Below, piece after piece: positions 37,191 through 50,606 of a DNA stretch of 64,000 bases. The first letter of the stretch is position 1. Every line of letters begins with the position of its first letter. The DNA comes from Podarcis liolepis (taxonomy: Eukaryota): NCBI GenBank assembly GCA_965112155.1, contig OZ218098.1; one strand, 5' to 3'. Made by a program: the position numbers and the translations under genes. Under the pieces are notes generated by a model, which was given only the letters and a program-made list of their open reading frames with translations, ran no database searches and was not told where the DNA came from.

Positions 37191-37358
37191 CAGTGGCGTA
37201 GCGTGGGTTGTCAGCACCCGGGGCAAGGCAAGTAATTTGCACCCCCTAACCCGTGGATTTGCGCCCCCTAACCCGTGGATTTGCGCCCCCTAACCCTAAC
37301 CCCCAGATGTTGCGCCCGGTGCGGCCGGCTCCCCCTGCACCCCCACGCTACGCCACTG
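37191..37358. mobile_element. hAT-type MITE
   Basis: Perfect TIRs CAGTGGCGTAGCGTGGG / CCCACGCTACGCCACTG, 8-bp TSD tctctgcc/cctctgcc; same family as 57625-57770. Confidence 0.88.
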
Positions 37359-40300
37359 CCTCTGCCACAGCCTCTTCCTACACATTATACCTTTAAAGCT
37401 TATGTGAAACATATTCATTCCCTCAAAGAATCCTGGGCACTGTCATTTACCCTTCACAGAGTTATCATTCCCAGCAACTCTGAACAAACTACATTGCCCA
37501 GAATTCATTGGAGGGGGGCAGGAATGCACTTTGAGTGTCCTTCAAGGGTACAGAGTAACTTTGCCTGGCTTTCTCCACTAGCTCCAAGCAGGTAGACAAG
37601 CGAGTGGCAACAAGCCCATGTTCTGTCAGCTACTGTAACTTCCATCTCTATCCAGATTCCTTCTGGCTGCCAGGAGGAAACTTTCCCTGCTCCTAGACCC
37701 ATTTCACAAAGTCCTAGTACCTGAAGGAGGGGGCGGGGATCATTTTTCATCAAGAAAAACCCAACTCCTCACCAAACAGCTTAACAATCTGCGACGGAAG
37801 CCATTCCAGGGTGCTCTTCTCCTCCCAGATCAACATCCCTCACTCTTTGTCTGCCAGGCTGTCTGCGCTGCTGTTGCAGGTGGCAAATATGCCAAGTGAA
37901 GCCGGGAACGGCCTCTGAACCCTGAAGGTGTGGAGGCTGCTGACGTCTTTCTCTCCCCGCCCCCCCAAACACTCGTACATATGAGCACCACGCCCAGAAC
38001 AAAATCTGGCTCCTCATTTCCCAATGAGGACTTCGGCTGAGACACACACACTTCCTCCCACACAAACAAGAGAGGGAGGAAAGAGGACACAGCTGGTCTG
38101 GCTTGGAAGTGTCCGGAAACACTTTCGTGTGCTGGCAAGCTGCTAAAATAGCACCGATTCTAATCATGGATTTCCCCATCCCTCAAAGTGTCCTAGGAGG
38201 CATGGGTTATTATGGCGTTATAAAGCCATTCATCCCAAGGGATTTCACCAAATTTGAAACTGAGTAACTCTGAAATCAGGAACCTCGCAGGGACTTTCTG
38301 AAGACTGACAACAATAAAAATTGCCTCTAAAAGGTAACTGCATACTTCTGTATCGTGTAATACTCAAACTTATTTACTCAAATATATGGCACACATAGTA
38401 TGCTTGTTATGTTTGCCACTAAATGTCACACACGCACAAGAATGGGGCGATCTTTTAAATCTCAGTTTCTAATTCTTTTGAAAAGGCTTCTCTTTTGGAT
38501 TTTTTAAAAATAAAACCTAAATTAAAAGTAGTTTTTAAAAACATACTGGGGTCCAACTGCAAAAAGTGGGTTCATTGTGAAAACCATGAGAGCTGGATGT
38601 CCACACAGCTATCAGACACCACAATAACACCGCCATGAACAGTTTCAACAATTCCTTAACTCTTAACACACCCTTGAGTTCCCATGATTTCATGGTGGAC
38701 CTATTTGCCTCTGACACTGAGCACCCCATTGTATGCACCAACATATTACCCATCATCTTCCAAGCTCATCACTGACAGGCAACACACCTTCTACCTTCAA
38801 TTAAGGGTTCCTTGTGTAGAGGAACCCACTGGAATGTGGTGACATAATATTGGCGTGCTCATTTGATTCTGCACTAGAAGCAACAAGCTCTCCTCAACAA
38901 CAACAAAATCCAAGGTCTCTCCTTTTATGACTTGGAAGACATGAGCCTTTGCTCTTATCATAGGGTAAGGCTGGGCCCTGTGGTTAACAGCTGCAGAGAT
39001 TCTATCCAAGAAGGGTAGGCTGAAGCCATGAGACTGGATGCAAAAGGGATGGATGCTGCCGTGAAAGGCAGACCAGGGAAAAACAAAGAAAAGGAAGTGT
39101 TTCTGGCCAAGTGTCTGGGAACCTGCTTGGCCTGAGTCTCCCTGCTAAAGTGCTGTTTATTTAAGAACCACTTAACCTGACAGCAGTTTGCAAACTAGCT
39201 GGAGGAGCTCATATGACTGACTAAACAGAAAAAGCCCACGTTCTGAAGGACCAATGCCTATAGTGTCTATTACTTTTCAGAGCAGGGCAATCCAAAAGTG
39301 GGAGCCTCAAGAGAAGTGTTAGTCATGTGCTCCAGTCCCCATATTTGTCCTGGAGAAAGGTTGTTTGCACAATGTGCCCTTTCCCCATAATTCTGCTCCC
39401 TAAGGTTCCCCTTTATGAGCTCTAAGAGTACACAACCAGGCAAATATAGCCCCACCTTGCATGGACTATCACCAGTTATGGTCTCCCTGTGTGGAATTTA
39501 TACATCTGTGGTGGGGTGCTGAGACTGAGAGCTGAGATACCATGAATAAGCGTAGCACATGATGTTTTGTGGTAGGAGGAGTCGATGTGGGGAAAGCCAT
39601 TTCCCCTCCTCCCACTGAACTTAATGAGAAGGGAATTTCTTGAGCCAGGTCTGGAGCCAGTGTAAAGTTACACCATTAATGGGAGTGTGGGTGTGGCCTG
39701 GGGGACTGCATAATATGGCATAATTGTGCTCCTTCGGTGCTGCTCTGTCCTGCCCATGGCTTCACCCCATTTTGGTCATTCTGAGAGCATGTTCACGGGC
39801 AGAATACTTCAGATGGGCCAGTGAAATGATCTGCCAGTATACATTGAGTTCCACTAGCATAGTAGGGCTTCTGCCATATGCTAAAGCCCCTCAGCCAGCA
39901 TTACTCAACGATAGGATTGCTCAGTTAGTCCCAATTTCTGCTAGGGGATTTACTTCCAATGAAGTGTGCACTGGATTGTGGGCTAAAATCAAAGGCATCA
40001 AACACCTTCCTACAAGGAAAGTCTGGTTTTCTAAACTAACAAACTCAAGAGGGAGGGAGAAAGGGTGGGATAATAAGAGTTCCATAAAATATGAGTGGGA
40101 AAGCAACAGAAAGATAAATGTTTCTCACACTCTCGTAATGCCAGAACTTGGAACACCCCTGAAGATGATTGACAGTAGGTTCAAGACTGACCAATGTATG
40201 TACTGTCTGAAGAAGTAACTTATGGAACCCTGAGGTATGAACTTTTACCTCAGGTGACTTTTTTGAAGGACTGGAGAAATTCAGAAAGAATAAATCAGAA

Positions 40301-40864
40301 GCCATTAGCTAAGGCAGCTAAATGAAACCTCCTTGGTCACAGGCAGTAACTCTCCTAAAGCCAGATGCTGCAGAGAAACTTCCCCCTTATTAATTTTCAG
40401 AGGCATTTGATGAATAGAGCTGATAGAAACAGAAAGCTGAACTTGCAAGACCTTGACTTTATCTAGCAAAAACATTTGCATCTTTATTTTCACTTTTGCT
40501 GAGATCAAGCTTACAATTTTTTTAAAAAAGAAAGTCCAGGTAAGGAAAGAAGTTTGTAAACATTGCTTTGACCAAAGGTCTTGTTTCCAGGAATTCTCTA
40601 GATACTTTGCAGAGTAACTCAATAACATTTACTGAATAGGTTGGACACTGCTGACTGGAAAAGTAAAATCATATCTCATTCCTCATTTGAAATATGTCTA
40701 AATAAATCTCAGGTTAGTCTTACTTAACTACACTTAAGTAGAGCAAAATTCTCATCTTTAAAGTTAAATTGTATCTGATTGTTCAAAGAACAATCTTAGA
40801 ACATATAATACATCCAACTGATTTATACTCCTAGCTAAAATTGTATGATAGTAGCAGTTTTATC

Positions 40865-42420
40865 TTGAAACCCTTTCCTCACAGTCCTCAACAGTGAATC
40901 TACCTTTTTCACTCCTGCCACATACTGGGAGCATTTTTGTTGAGCTGTGCTCCATGACTCCAAAATCTCTTTTCTGGTCAGGAACCACCAGCTCATAGCT
41001 CAAATGTGAAGTTAGGATTTTTTGCCACAATTCAAATCACTTTACACTTGCAGTTGCAATTTTAATGCCCATTCAGCTAGTTTGGATATACCCTTTTAGA
41101 TCTCACAATCCCTTGTTATACCACACTGAACAATTTGGTTTCCTCAGCAAATTTGGCCACCACACTGCTCACTCCAAACTCCAAGTCTTATGAGCAAATT
41201 GCAAAGCACAGGAGCCAATATCAATCCCTTTGTTTTATCATTGTTATTGATATTTATATAAACACACACACCATACAGTACAACCTAACCAGGGATGACA
41301 GGGGCTATAAACAAATTTTCTCAGTTGATACAAAATCACAATAGAGAGACACAATAATATATAAAACATTCACATATTCTTACATACAGTATGCCATATT
41401 TTAGGTGTTGGTATAGCTACAATGTCCTGAAGGCTATTTGTAGCAGTGTAAGAAATGAACTCTCCTCACACAGGATGGAAATGTTCCGGCATTTTCGATC
41501 CCTTGGAAACATTCCAATTATGCACTATTTCCCCCACTATCTCAATGTTCCATACATTTTTATGCCATAGGGAAATATGTAATCCTTGCAATGTCTTCCA
41601 CTTTTGTGCAAATAGATATCCTGGCTGCTGCCAACAACCACAGTTTTGTTCTTGTTGTGTCTGATCATCCCATACATTGAAAAGTGAAAGTTGTTGAGTT
41701 ATTTGAACAGGAGTCCTACAAACAGCAGAAATTCCCAGACCAAATGTTCTGTACAAGAGGACACTCCCACCATAAACAGAAAAACAACAACCCTTATGCC
41801 TGCACAGCCACACCAACAACATGATGTAATTTGTGAAGTTGTATATGAAAGATGAAACAACATGTGACAACATCTTTAGATGTTCAACAAACATTCCTGC
41901 ATATAAGCCAATATAGTTCATAGGTCCATAATTTCTTCCACTTAGTTTCTGATATAACCATCCCCATATCCATGTCCCATAGTGTCTTAGTCCTATAAGG
42001 GATCTAGTAGACAGATCTAACGATTTCCTGTATATTGCAGATACAAGCCCCTTCCCTAAAACACCCTGAGTTTTCAGCCCAAGGTTTCAAATTTAGTAAG
42101 ATTATTATTAGGTGTTGCTAGTAGGATAAGCATAAGTTGAAGTGTTTAAAACCATTGTGAGAACTTCTTTTTTCCTACTCTCTGCTTCCTTTTCCTTAGC
42201 CAATTACTGATCCATAAGAGGACCTTATCCTTTTATCCCATGACAGCCAATCTTACTCAGGAATCCTTGGTGAGGGGATTTATTAAAATTTGTTGAAAGT
42301 CTAAGTACATAGTTCACTCCTCACGATAAGCTACTGAACACCGTTCAAATCTAACTTACAAGTTCTCACGAACTGGAGATGCACTACTCTAAATCATCTA
42401 TCCTTTATCCACATGCATTT
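40865..42420 (-). mobile_element. Degenerate CR1 fragment interrupted by an L1-like fragment (~41232-42080)
   Basis: Flanks carry CR1 RT-like sequence (tcctcagcaaatttggccacc...; ttttatcccatgac...aaagtctaagtac); the middle minus strand reads LLAAARISI/AQKWK (frameshifted) plus an H..WLC-like motif, typical of L1-clade ORF2 C-termini. Boundaries approximate. Confidence 0.55.
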
Positions 42421-44451
42421 TAAGCAAAAACGTGCCCATGACCTTAAATTTACCAGTCTCATTTTCATCTAATTCTGTTGCCTTTTGCTTAGGAGGTTCA
42501 GAGCCAGACAAAAGCCACAGCGCCACCCAGTGGATAGGACACTATGTGAGATTAGCAGTCACCCCCACCAAGTCACACTCAAAACTTCTGATTAGTGAAT
42601 CAAGAAGTCCAACCCACTATTTTGTTTTCAAGTGGCTAGGAATTATGCAGGAAGCAATTCTTTCTGTTGCTTCACTCTATAGTTTTTTTGTAGTCACTGA
42701 TCATACAACCAACCTGTTGAGCCCAAAGATCATGATGTCTGATACAGTATTGCTAGGAGCAGAGTGTGTGGACAATCTCACAGTGAGTACATGTTCTTAT
42801 ATCAGTTGTGGCCACAGTGAAGGCTGCAGCATTGTCATCTATTTAGAAGAAGCAGGATATGCTCCTTTACTCACTGTGGTATCAAAGTCCAATATATCAA
42901 TAACAAATCTAACAGCACTTTTTATGCCTCTCAGTTCAAAGGTCTACCTCATTTTAACAGCCAGCATTATAGCAGATAGCAAGCCAGGTCACACCTCAGA
43001 TTGGGTACACAGGGTGTGAAACTTCCCTTTCTTACACTTCCAACAATCCTCATTTGGAGTAAAGAGGGATTTTCAGAAACAACCAGGAATATCTCTTCTT
43101 CTTCAGTATCTAGATAAATACTTAATCCAGGAAGTTGCATAGGGTTGTAAAACTGTATTATCTAGTTTTCATTGCTACTGATGTCACCTACATTACCAGA
43201 ATGTGAAACTTAAATTAAGTCGGATCTAGGACTTCAGTAAGAATGTGCAAGACTCCACTGTAATACTACACCTATCCTTGGATGATGGGCAGAAAAGTTT
43301 CCATTGTGGCAAATGTCCCACTCCTCTATTTTTTTTTCAGTGAAACATTTTCCATTTCTAAAACTGCATTGTTTCATAACATTACAAATATAGTTAATGG
43401 ATATAGTACCAGTCAAATGAGGCACATTCAAAGGGGTAATTAACTTTCTTTTCCAAGTGACGACCCCTAGGAAAAATGTGTGTGTGTTTTGTTTCCAGAC
43501 TTCCTGCCAGCAGAGTTCAGCTCACAAGATGTTTCTGCTGAAGGGTGGGGGGGGGGGAAGAGAATTTTGCTAATTCCCTCTTCCCCAAGCCAAGACCCTC
43601 CAGACCAGTTTGGGAGATGGCACTGGGGGTTGTGCAGGGAAGGGGGTGAATTGGGGGAAAAAAACCTTCCCCCACCCTGCCACCCCACAAGAGCCTCTGT
43701 AGAATCCCAGAAGGGCAACCCAGCAAATAAAGATGCATAGCTCTTTGAATGTGCTAAGATTAGTATGTTAGCAGCTCTCAGTGCTTTAACTTTTTCCTTA
43801 AAACTTAAACAATGTAAGTATATACACGATTGAGTTACTGTATCTTAAACATATTTGTTTAGTAAAAAAACTTTAAATATTCTAATAAAAATAATTTCCA
43901 AGTACACCCTTGCATTAGTTTTAATTCATTTGAACCTCATTTCTGGCAACAATCCTATGCACACTTAGCCTGGCAATGTGCCCCCTTGAATACTAGGGGA
44001 CCTATTTCTGAGCAAACATACACAAGATTGCACTGCTAAGTGTCCTTCAGTTATATTTTTCCTAATCAAAACATTACAGTTCAAATACTTTTAGCTACTA
44101 GTAAAATCTGCTGAGATGTTTGTAGGCATGTAAATCAACATAGCACACATTTAGTAAACAAAACTTTAGAAAGAAGTCAAATACACATTCTAAATCAATC
44201 AATTTAGCGCATCTGAAAATTATCCAGAAAACTGTCTACTTTTTTTTAAACCCACATTACTGTGCATGACTTTCATTTTGTCAATCAGGCAGCGCAGGAA
44301 TCTGAATTTATGGAGTCAGATGGGATTTCTAATCTACCCTTATTTCATATACTGAAGCTAGAACTTCTGTGCCCAAAGATTCCTAATAAACTAGCCAATA
44401 CAACAGGATAAATGTAAGGTTTAGGATCATCCAAGCTCTATCGCAAGGATA

Positions 44452-44812
44452 GTAAAGGTACCCCTGCCCATACGGGCCAGTCGTGTCCGTCTCTAGGGTT
44501 GTGCGCCCATCTCACTTAAGAGGCCGGGGGCCAGCGCTGTCTGGAGACACTTCCGGGTCACGTAGCCAGCGTGATGAAGCTGCTCTGGAAAGCCTGCACC
44601 AGCACAGCACATGGAAACGCCGTTTACCTTCCCGCTATAAAGCGGTACCTATTTATCTACTTGCACTTAAGAGTGCTTTTGAACTGCTAGGTGGGCAGGA
44701 GCTGGGACCGAAAGACAGGAGCTCACCCCGCCGCGGGGATTCGAACCGCCGATCATACGATTGGCAAGTCCTAGGCGCTGAGGTTTTACTCACAGCGCCA
44801 CCCGCGTCCCAC
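44452..44812 (-). mobile_element. Full-length Sauria SINE
   Basis: Minus strand starts gggacgcgggtggcgctgtgag (A box) ... ggttcgaatcc (B box) and ends in an accttt tail; TSD atcgcaaggata/atagcaaggata. Confidence 0.88.
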
Positions 44813-45713
44813 ATAGCAAGGATAACAGTCATGTAAAATCCAAATAATATCAAGTACCTATTGTAAAGCACTGCAATGGCTAACTGTGCATTTTAACTTA
44901 AGCAGGAAATGAGAAGGTAGGTTTCAGGAAAACAGTATGAAAGAAAGGGACTAACCACAATATTGTGGATGGGGGGCAGGATGTGTACAGAGCTCAGTTG
45001 TCCAGGGTTCAGTATTGACTCACAGGAAGAACTGCTAATAATGACTAAAACAACATGGAATGTACCTGGAGGCCTCTCTTCTTAGAACTGCACCTGCCGC
45101 ACCTTATTTTACATGTGGACATGGAACTCTTCCCCTGAATTCCAGTCAGCAGTGAAGCCATAATTTTCGTTAGCATGAAAGCGGCCATAGACTTGGAAGA
45201 CAAAGGGCAGCAGACACTGGGGGGGAAGTGTTTCATAAGAAACTTTTGAAACCGGTTCTGCCAGCATGTCAGATTCTCCACATTTCTCCAGCGCTAAGAA
45301 GATGGGATCAGGATCAAAGACCAAAATTTGCCAGTGAGCCAAAGGATTCTATGTGGCTTAGTTATTTGCTTCAGTGGGATATGTATTGTGATGAAGAGTG
45401 GAATCCTTTGGCTTCAACGTTCCCCAGAATATTTGCAAATAGAGGCAAAGATTTTCAAAAAGAAAAACTTTGGGACTCTCATTCAAAGAGAGCCCTGTCT
45501 GTAATGGGACCAGAAGTGTTCAGTCACTGCCTGCCAGCCAGCCACCTGAGGACTGTTTCATGCATGTAACAAGGGGCAAAACCAGGCTGACACTCAACAG
45601 GTAGCTGCAGCCCTTCCCCAGCAGGTGTACCTTTTCTTAAAATATATTTATAAATTGTTTATAAGCTTTGCATTGTAGACAATTTTTAAAAAAAGAATGA
45701 ATTACTATACATA

Positions 45714-45776
45714 AAAAGGTAAAGGTATGCCTGACTGTTAGGTCCAGTTGCGGATGACTCTGGGGTTGCGGCGCCA
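45714..45776 (-). mobile_element. Sauria SINE 3' fragment
   Basis: aaaggtaaaggt...ggtccagt...gactctggggttgcggcgc matches the 58563 copy. Confidence 0.7.
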
Positions 45777-48700
45777 TAATAATAAAAAAAGTTAGGTTAA
45801 TGTTACATGAATAAAATAGTACAGTCGTGTAATATTAACCTAACATTTTTTAATTTATTCTTGTATTAATTTCATTATATTAGCATGTGATCTATTCCAT
45901 TCTATCTCAGGTTCTCTTTTCATATACCTCTTTGAAACACTTGCTACATTCACAGTTTACATTCCTAGATGCATATCCAAGGGCCAAACTAGATGAGATC
46001 GCAAGAGATCCATGATTAGATCTCCAAGGTGGCGTTTTTTCTAATTCTTTTTAAAAACGTTATAAACAGCCATGGGAGGGATTAAGTGTAACTACATCCC
46101 CACTGCTCCATATCACCATTTGGTTGCAGGGATACAACACTTGCCTTGCTACTTTCCTGCCTTCCACCCTATGCAGTTACCCTATGCTAATTTTATAATA
46201 ACCACTCTGCAAGTCCCTGCCTGAATTGTGAATACCATAAGGCAGTTAAGACATATTAAGAAACAATTCATCTACTGATCCTTCCAATTATATACTCTTA
46301 ATACCTTCCTGTTCAAATGCAGCTTCAAAAGTCTACGCAATCGTGGCCACAACTAATACTTCCCCCCTCCTATCCCTTAAAACTCACACCATTTCAGAAG
46401 CCTTCAGAAAGGACAAATAAACAACATATACGTATTTGCTTTTCCAACCTAGATTACACTAGCCTCTTTAGGCTACAGGGTTTCAGTTCCCAGCTTGACC
46501 TTTATTGCAATGAGGCGGACAAATTGAAAAGCCATCAAGGACTTTACTTGTTGTTTTTTGCTAAAAACTAAGTGTTTTCAGAGCCAGTCTAGCAGCTTTC
46601 ACCAGTTCTGAAATTCACCACAAACATCAAGCTAATGTTTATCAAATCCCTGCCAGAACTGGATGGAACCAACGCCACAGATGAAGGGCATGAGAAGCTG
46701 GTTTGCTGTGGACCTTCAGTCCGGCCTTTGCTGCTGCTTCTTAGAGGCACAGCAGGGCTCACACATCTCTTACTTTACATTTTCTATGGGGCACAATCTG
46801 AAATCAGTTTATCAACCAGCCACCACAGTCCTCTTAATGGAAATGGTGTAGTCTCCAGACAGGAAGAACCAAGGGTCCCCAAGCCCCTCACTGAACAACA
46901 AAAAAGCCAACTGTCTTTTCTGCCTGCAGCTCCCAATTCCAGACTCCATTCTGGCTGGCAGGAAATGTTCCCAACTCTTTTGGCTGGCCTACTAGGGCAA
47001 ATGGGGCACTGCCCCACCAGCCTTCCAACTTCTGGACATGCAGAAGCAACATGTGTTTTATTTAGTTTTAGCTACTGGTGATGTCAATCAACTTTTGAGT
47101 ATCTTAAATGCCTGTTTTTACCTGTTTATCAATATTTTTCATGTTTTGTTTTATACTTTTGTAATTTGCTTAGAGGTTCTCTTACATTCATGGGATACAT
47201 AAATTTTGTGAAATAAAGAAACTGCTCTCGGCCAGATCCCACCAGCCTGCCCTGCCTGCCTTCATACAACCAGCCCAGGGGGTGGCACAATGCTTGGCAG
47301 CTCCCTCCTTAATCTCAACATTACCTTTGAGGAACTCAACTAGAAAGAGTCGGGAGCGGGGGGAGCGGGGGCAAAATCAGAACTAGCTGTTTCTGCCTGT
47401 CCACTGACTCTGCCTTCACCTTTTGTTGGCCCCTCTGCCTCCTCACTGCCAGTCCCAAGAGGAACCGGCCAACACTGCTTTTGAAGACATGTTTGCAATG
47501 ACTGGGGAGGAGAACCTCACTATAGCCGTTTAGCTAAACCTCCCCTTTAGCAGGCAAGGGCCAAGGCCCTGCTACAATCACCCCCCTTCATCAGCCAGAC
47601 ATCCACCTCCTGCACTCTAAATCCATCCTGAATTCGTACTTCACTAACTTGTGTTACGATGTAAATTACTACAGTGTGCATGTAACCAGGAAGGAAGATG
47701 GTTGTATACCATACTGCCAAAGGAAGCTGAGAATTGCATCACTCCCTGGCTTCCCCAGCTCTCTGACACAGAGTGAGAATGTGCAGTAACTTTCTCATCC
47801 ATGTCCCCATGTGGCAGCCAGGCAGATATTGGCATGTTGCCGCTTTGTAAAATGGTCGCCATGTTCGTCTGCAGGGCCCTTTCATCTTAAGCATTTAAAG
47901 AAATTCCTTTTTCTTTGATGATTATGGTCAGTTTTACTTTTCCATGCTAGCACAGTAGCAGCAGACAGACCTTTCCAGAGGCTTGTTTAGAGTCTCAAAC
48001 AAATATTTGCACTGGAATTCAAACCAAATATTTCCACTGATCCTTCACTGGGCCAGTGTGAGGGAGCAGGAGGGGAGGGGAGAGGAGAGGAGAAAGGCTG
48101 ATAAGTGGTGTGGGTTCATGGACTTATTGTAAGCGCAGGGAGACCCTTTGCTGGTACAAGGTTTTTTTTGAAGCAGATGCTTTTATCAGTGGGTTGTGAT
48201 CTGTGACCATGGGGGCTTAAACCTTGATTATGTTCCTAAGACACTGCTGCCCAACCAAGAATAAATGCCTTTGTGGAATTTTTAGAATCCTTTTCATGTC
48301 ACCTTTAAGCGCCACCCATGACACTACATCCACTGAGCTCTTCCTGACCTTTTGAGATACACTGAGCAGATTAGCAACCCACCCAGGATTACACCCCCGC
48401 AGAGACCGCTTGATTGCTGGAAAGTTACGCAGCATACCGGTTCTGCTTATCCATCTGTATACTTATCCATCTGTATACGATGCCTCATGCACATTCCTTC
48501 CTTTTAGTTAGCTCTGATCCCTTGCATCTAAATCCATCCCGTGAGAAGAGAACGCCATTGCTCCTTTCCCAGCAGGCTGTCAAAATCTGCAGATTTCAAT
48601 CTCTCTGCTACTTCGGAAGCAGCCAGCCAGATTAGATCTAACTTTACCCTTAAGAGCAGTGTGCAAGCTTTCCAGGACACAACCAGCTTGATCAGAGTTA

Positions 48701-50569
48701 TTGGCAAGGAGCAGCGGAAACTCCAGTCCGGCCCCCCCACCCTTACTATTCCCACCTCAGCCAAGGATGACAGATGGCATCACTGTTCTCCTTTGCTATG
48801 GTACACCAAGTCAAACCAGCACCACAATGAAAATCTTTTTTCTTTTTGTCAAATGCTACTGGCACCACTGAAGAGATCTTTGTGCAGAAATGATAACTGC
48901 ATTTCCAAAGATCCCTGAACAAGAACCTTTAAAAAAAAAGAAAGAAGTCTGATGGGGTTGTTGCTTCTGTTGCTGATTTCACTGGAAGATTTGAATGGTC
49001 ATTGCCTTCAATTTTATACTCCCTACTTCTCAAGGGGATGCCAAATAGTTCAGCTTTGGAGCTAGATTTCTCCATTTCCCTGTGGAATGAGCTTCACATG
49101 GGACAATTTCAGCTTTTGATATCCATCCCTAAACAATATCAGCAGAATGGAGAAGCTCCAGATTACATTTTTCTTTTTAGCAACCAAAATACTGAGGAAA
49201 CTTACAGAAATGTACAACCTATTGAAACACTAAAGAACATCTTATCCTTTTATTTGGAAGGAATTTTAGTCCACATCACATTTAACTAGAAGGCCTTGCA
49301 ATATGTGCTTTGGCTCACTAAGTTGAAGCATCTGGATAATTTTACACCGTCTACATAAGACGCCTCAGTCACCCTGGCACTAAGCTTGTGGCACACTATG
49401 GTCTGGATTGTGCAAGAAGTGGGTGGGTGAGCATTCCTGCCTTAAGGCAGGAAGGTGAACTGCAAGATGCTCTGGTACCTGTTAACCATAAGATCCTGTC
49501 TCAAACAAGTGATCCATAATAATTATTTTGCAGAGGCTGAGAGCTGCAACTACCCTTAAATTAGAAAGCAGAAAAATTCTTAGTTGAGGTGAAAGTTGCA
49601 TCTGTCAGACCAGTCTATGAACATTACCCCATAACAACATGACTTCAAAGGCACAACAGACATGGAATGTGACATTTTCCAGGGGACTTCTCTAGATCCA
49701 GTATATTCAAAGGGATCTCTCTTTTTAAAAACCAACTCTGCAAAATCTCACTTTGGTACTTTGCCCATTTAGCTCTGTTAGCAAATTGCAGCTTTTACTG
49801 CTGTGTGCACCGTGATCTACTATGACCTACAAGAAACAAGTTCCATGTATATGTGACACATGTGCAAAATCAAGGATGGTGCTGTTTGAATGCATCATCT
49901 CCAATCTACCTCTTCAGTTACATAACAATGGAGAAAATTATGAATGGCACAAAGGTGTTCTCAAGAAGCAGGTCAACAGAACTCTGATGCTACGCCTTTG
50001 GGCCCTTGGACAAATCTAGCTTATTTTTAATAATCACTGAACTTCATTGCTACAACTTCTAAAAGGCTTTGTTAGAATGTTCTAAACTATTTGTATATTG
50101 TTCAACACTATACTTGCAGTCAGCAGTTTTATACAATCTGTGCCCAGTGCAAGTCTGCACATCCTCATTTTTTACATAGCGGCGGCACTTCTGGGCCTTG
50201 GATCCCCAGTTTGGGTTGGGGAGTGCAATGGCCCTGAACAATTCTATCAATAAACAAGTATATTCAAAATACTGTATTAGGATTAAGCAGTGCTAAATCA
50301 AAGTCCACCATCTTAACTTGTTTGCGATCTGGTTGTCAGTCCATTTAACACATCTATCATCCCATACCTACCAGGGAGAGATAATAACACTAGCTCTCAC
50401 TATCAAGATCACCCATTTTATCATGAAATAATTTGGCTCTTAAATTCTCATGCACGGTAAATGCCTCCCTAATTAAAAGCAAACACAACACACCTTCCGC
50501 TTTACCTATTACTGTTGGAGACAAGCTGTGCAATTGTCAGGTCTCTGCAGTGTGTTGTGAACAACCTAC

Positions 50570-50572
<3 letters not shown>

Positions 50573-50604
<32 letters not shown>
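50573..50604. repeat. (TG)n microsatellite
   Basis: Direct read. Confidence 0.9.

Positions 50605-50606
<2 letters not shown>

Noticed and set aside
42432-43019. 195-aa + strand ORF
   Set aside because: GTG start, no recognisable domain, intronic; treated as a chance ORF.
44700-44812. tRNA-like A and B boxes
   Set aside because: Head of a SINE, not a tRNA gene.
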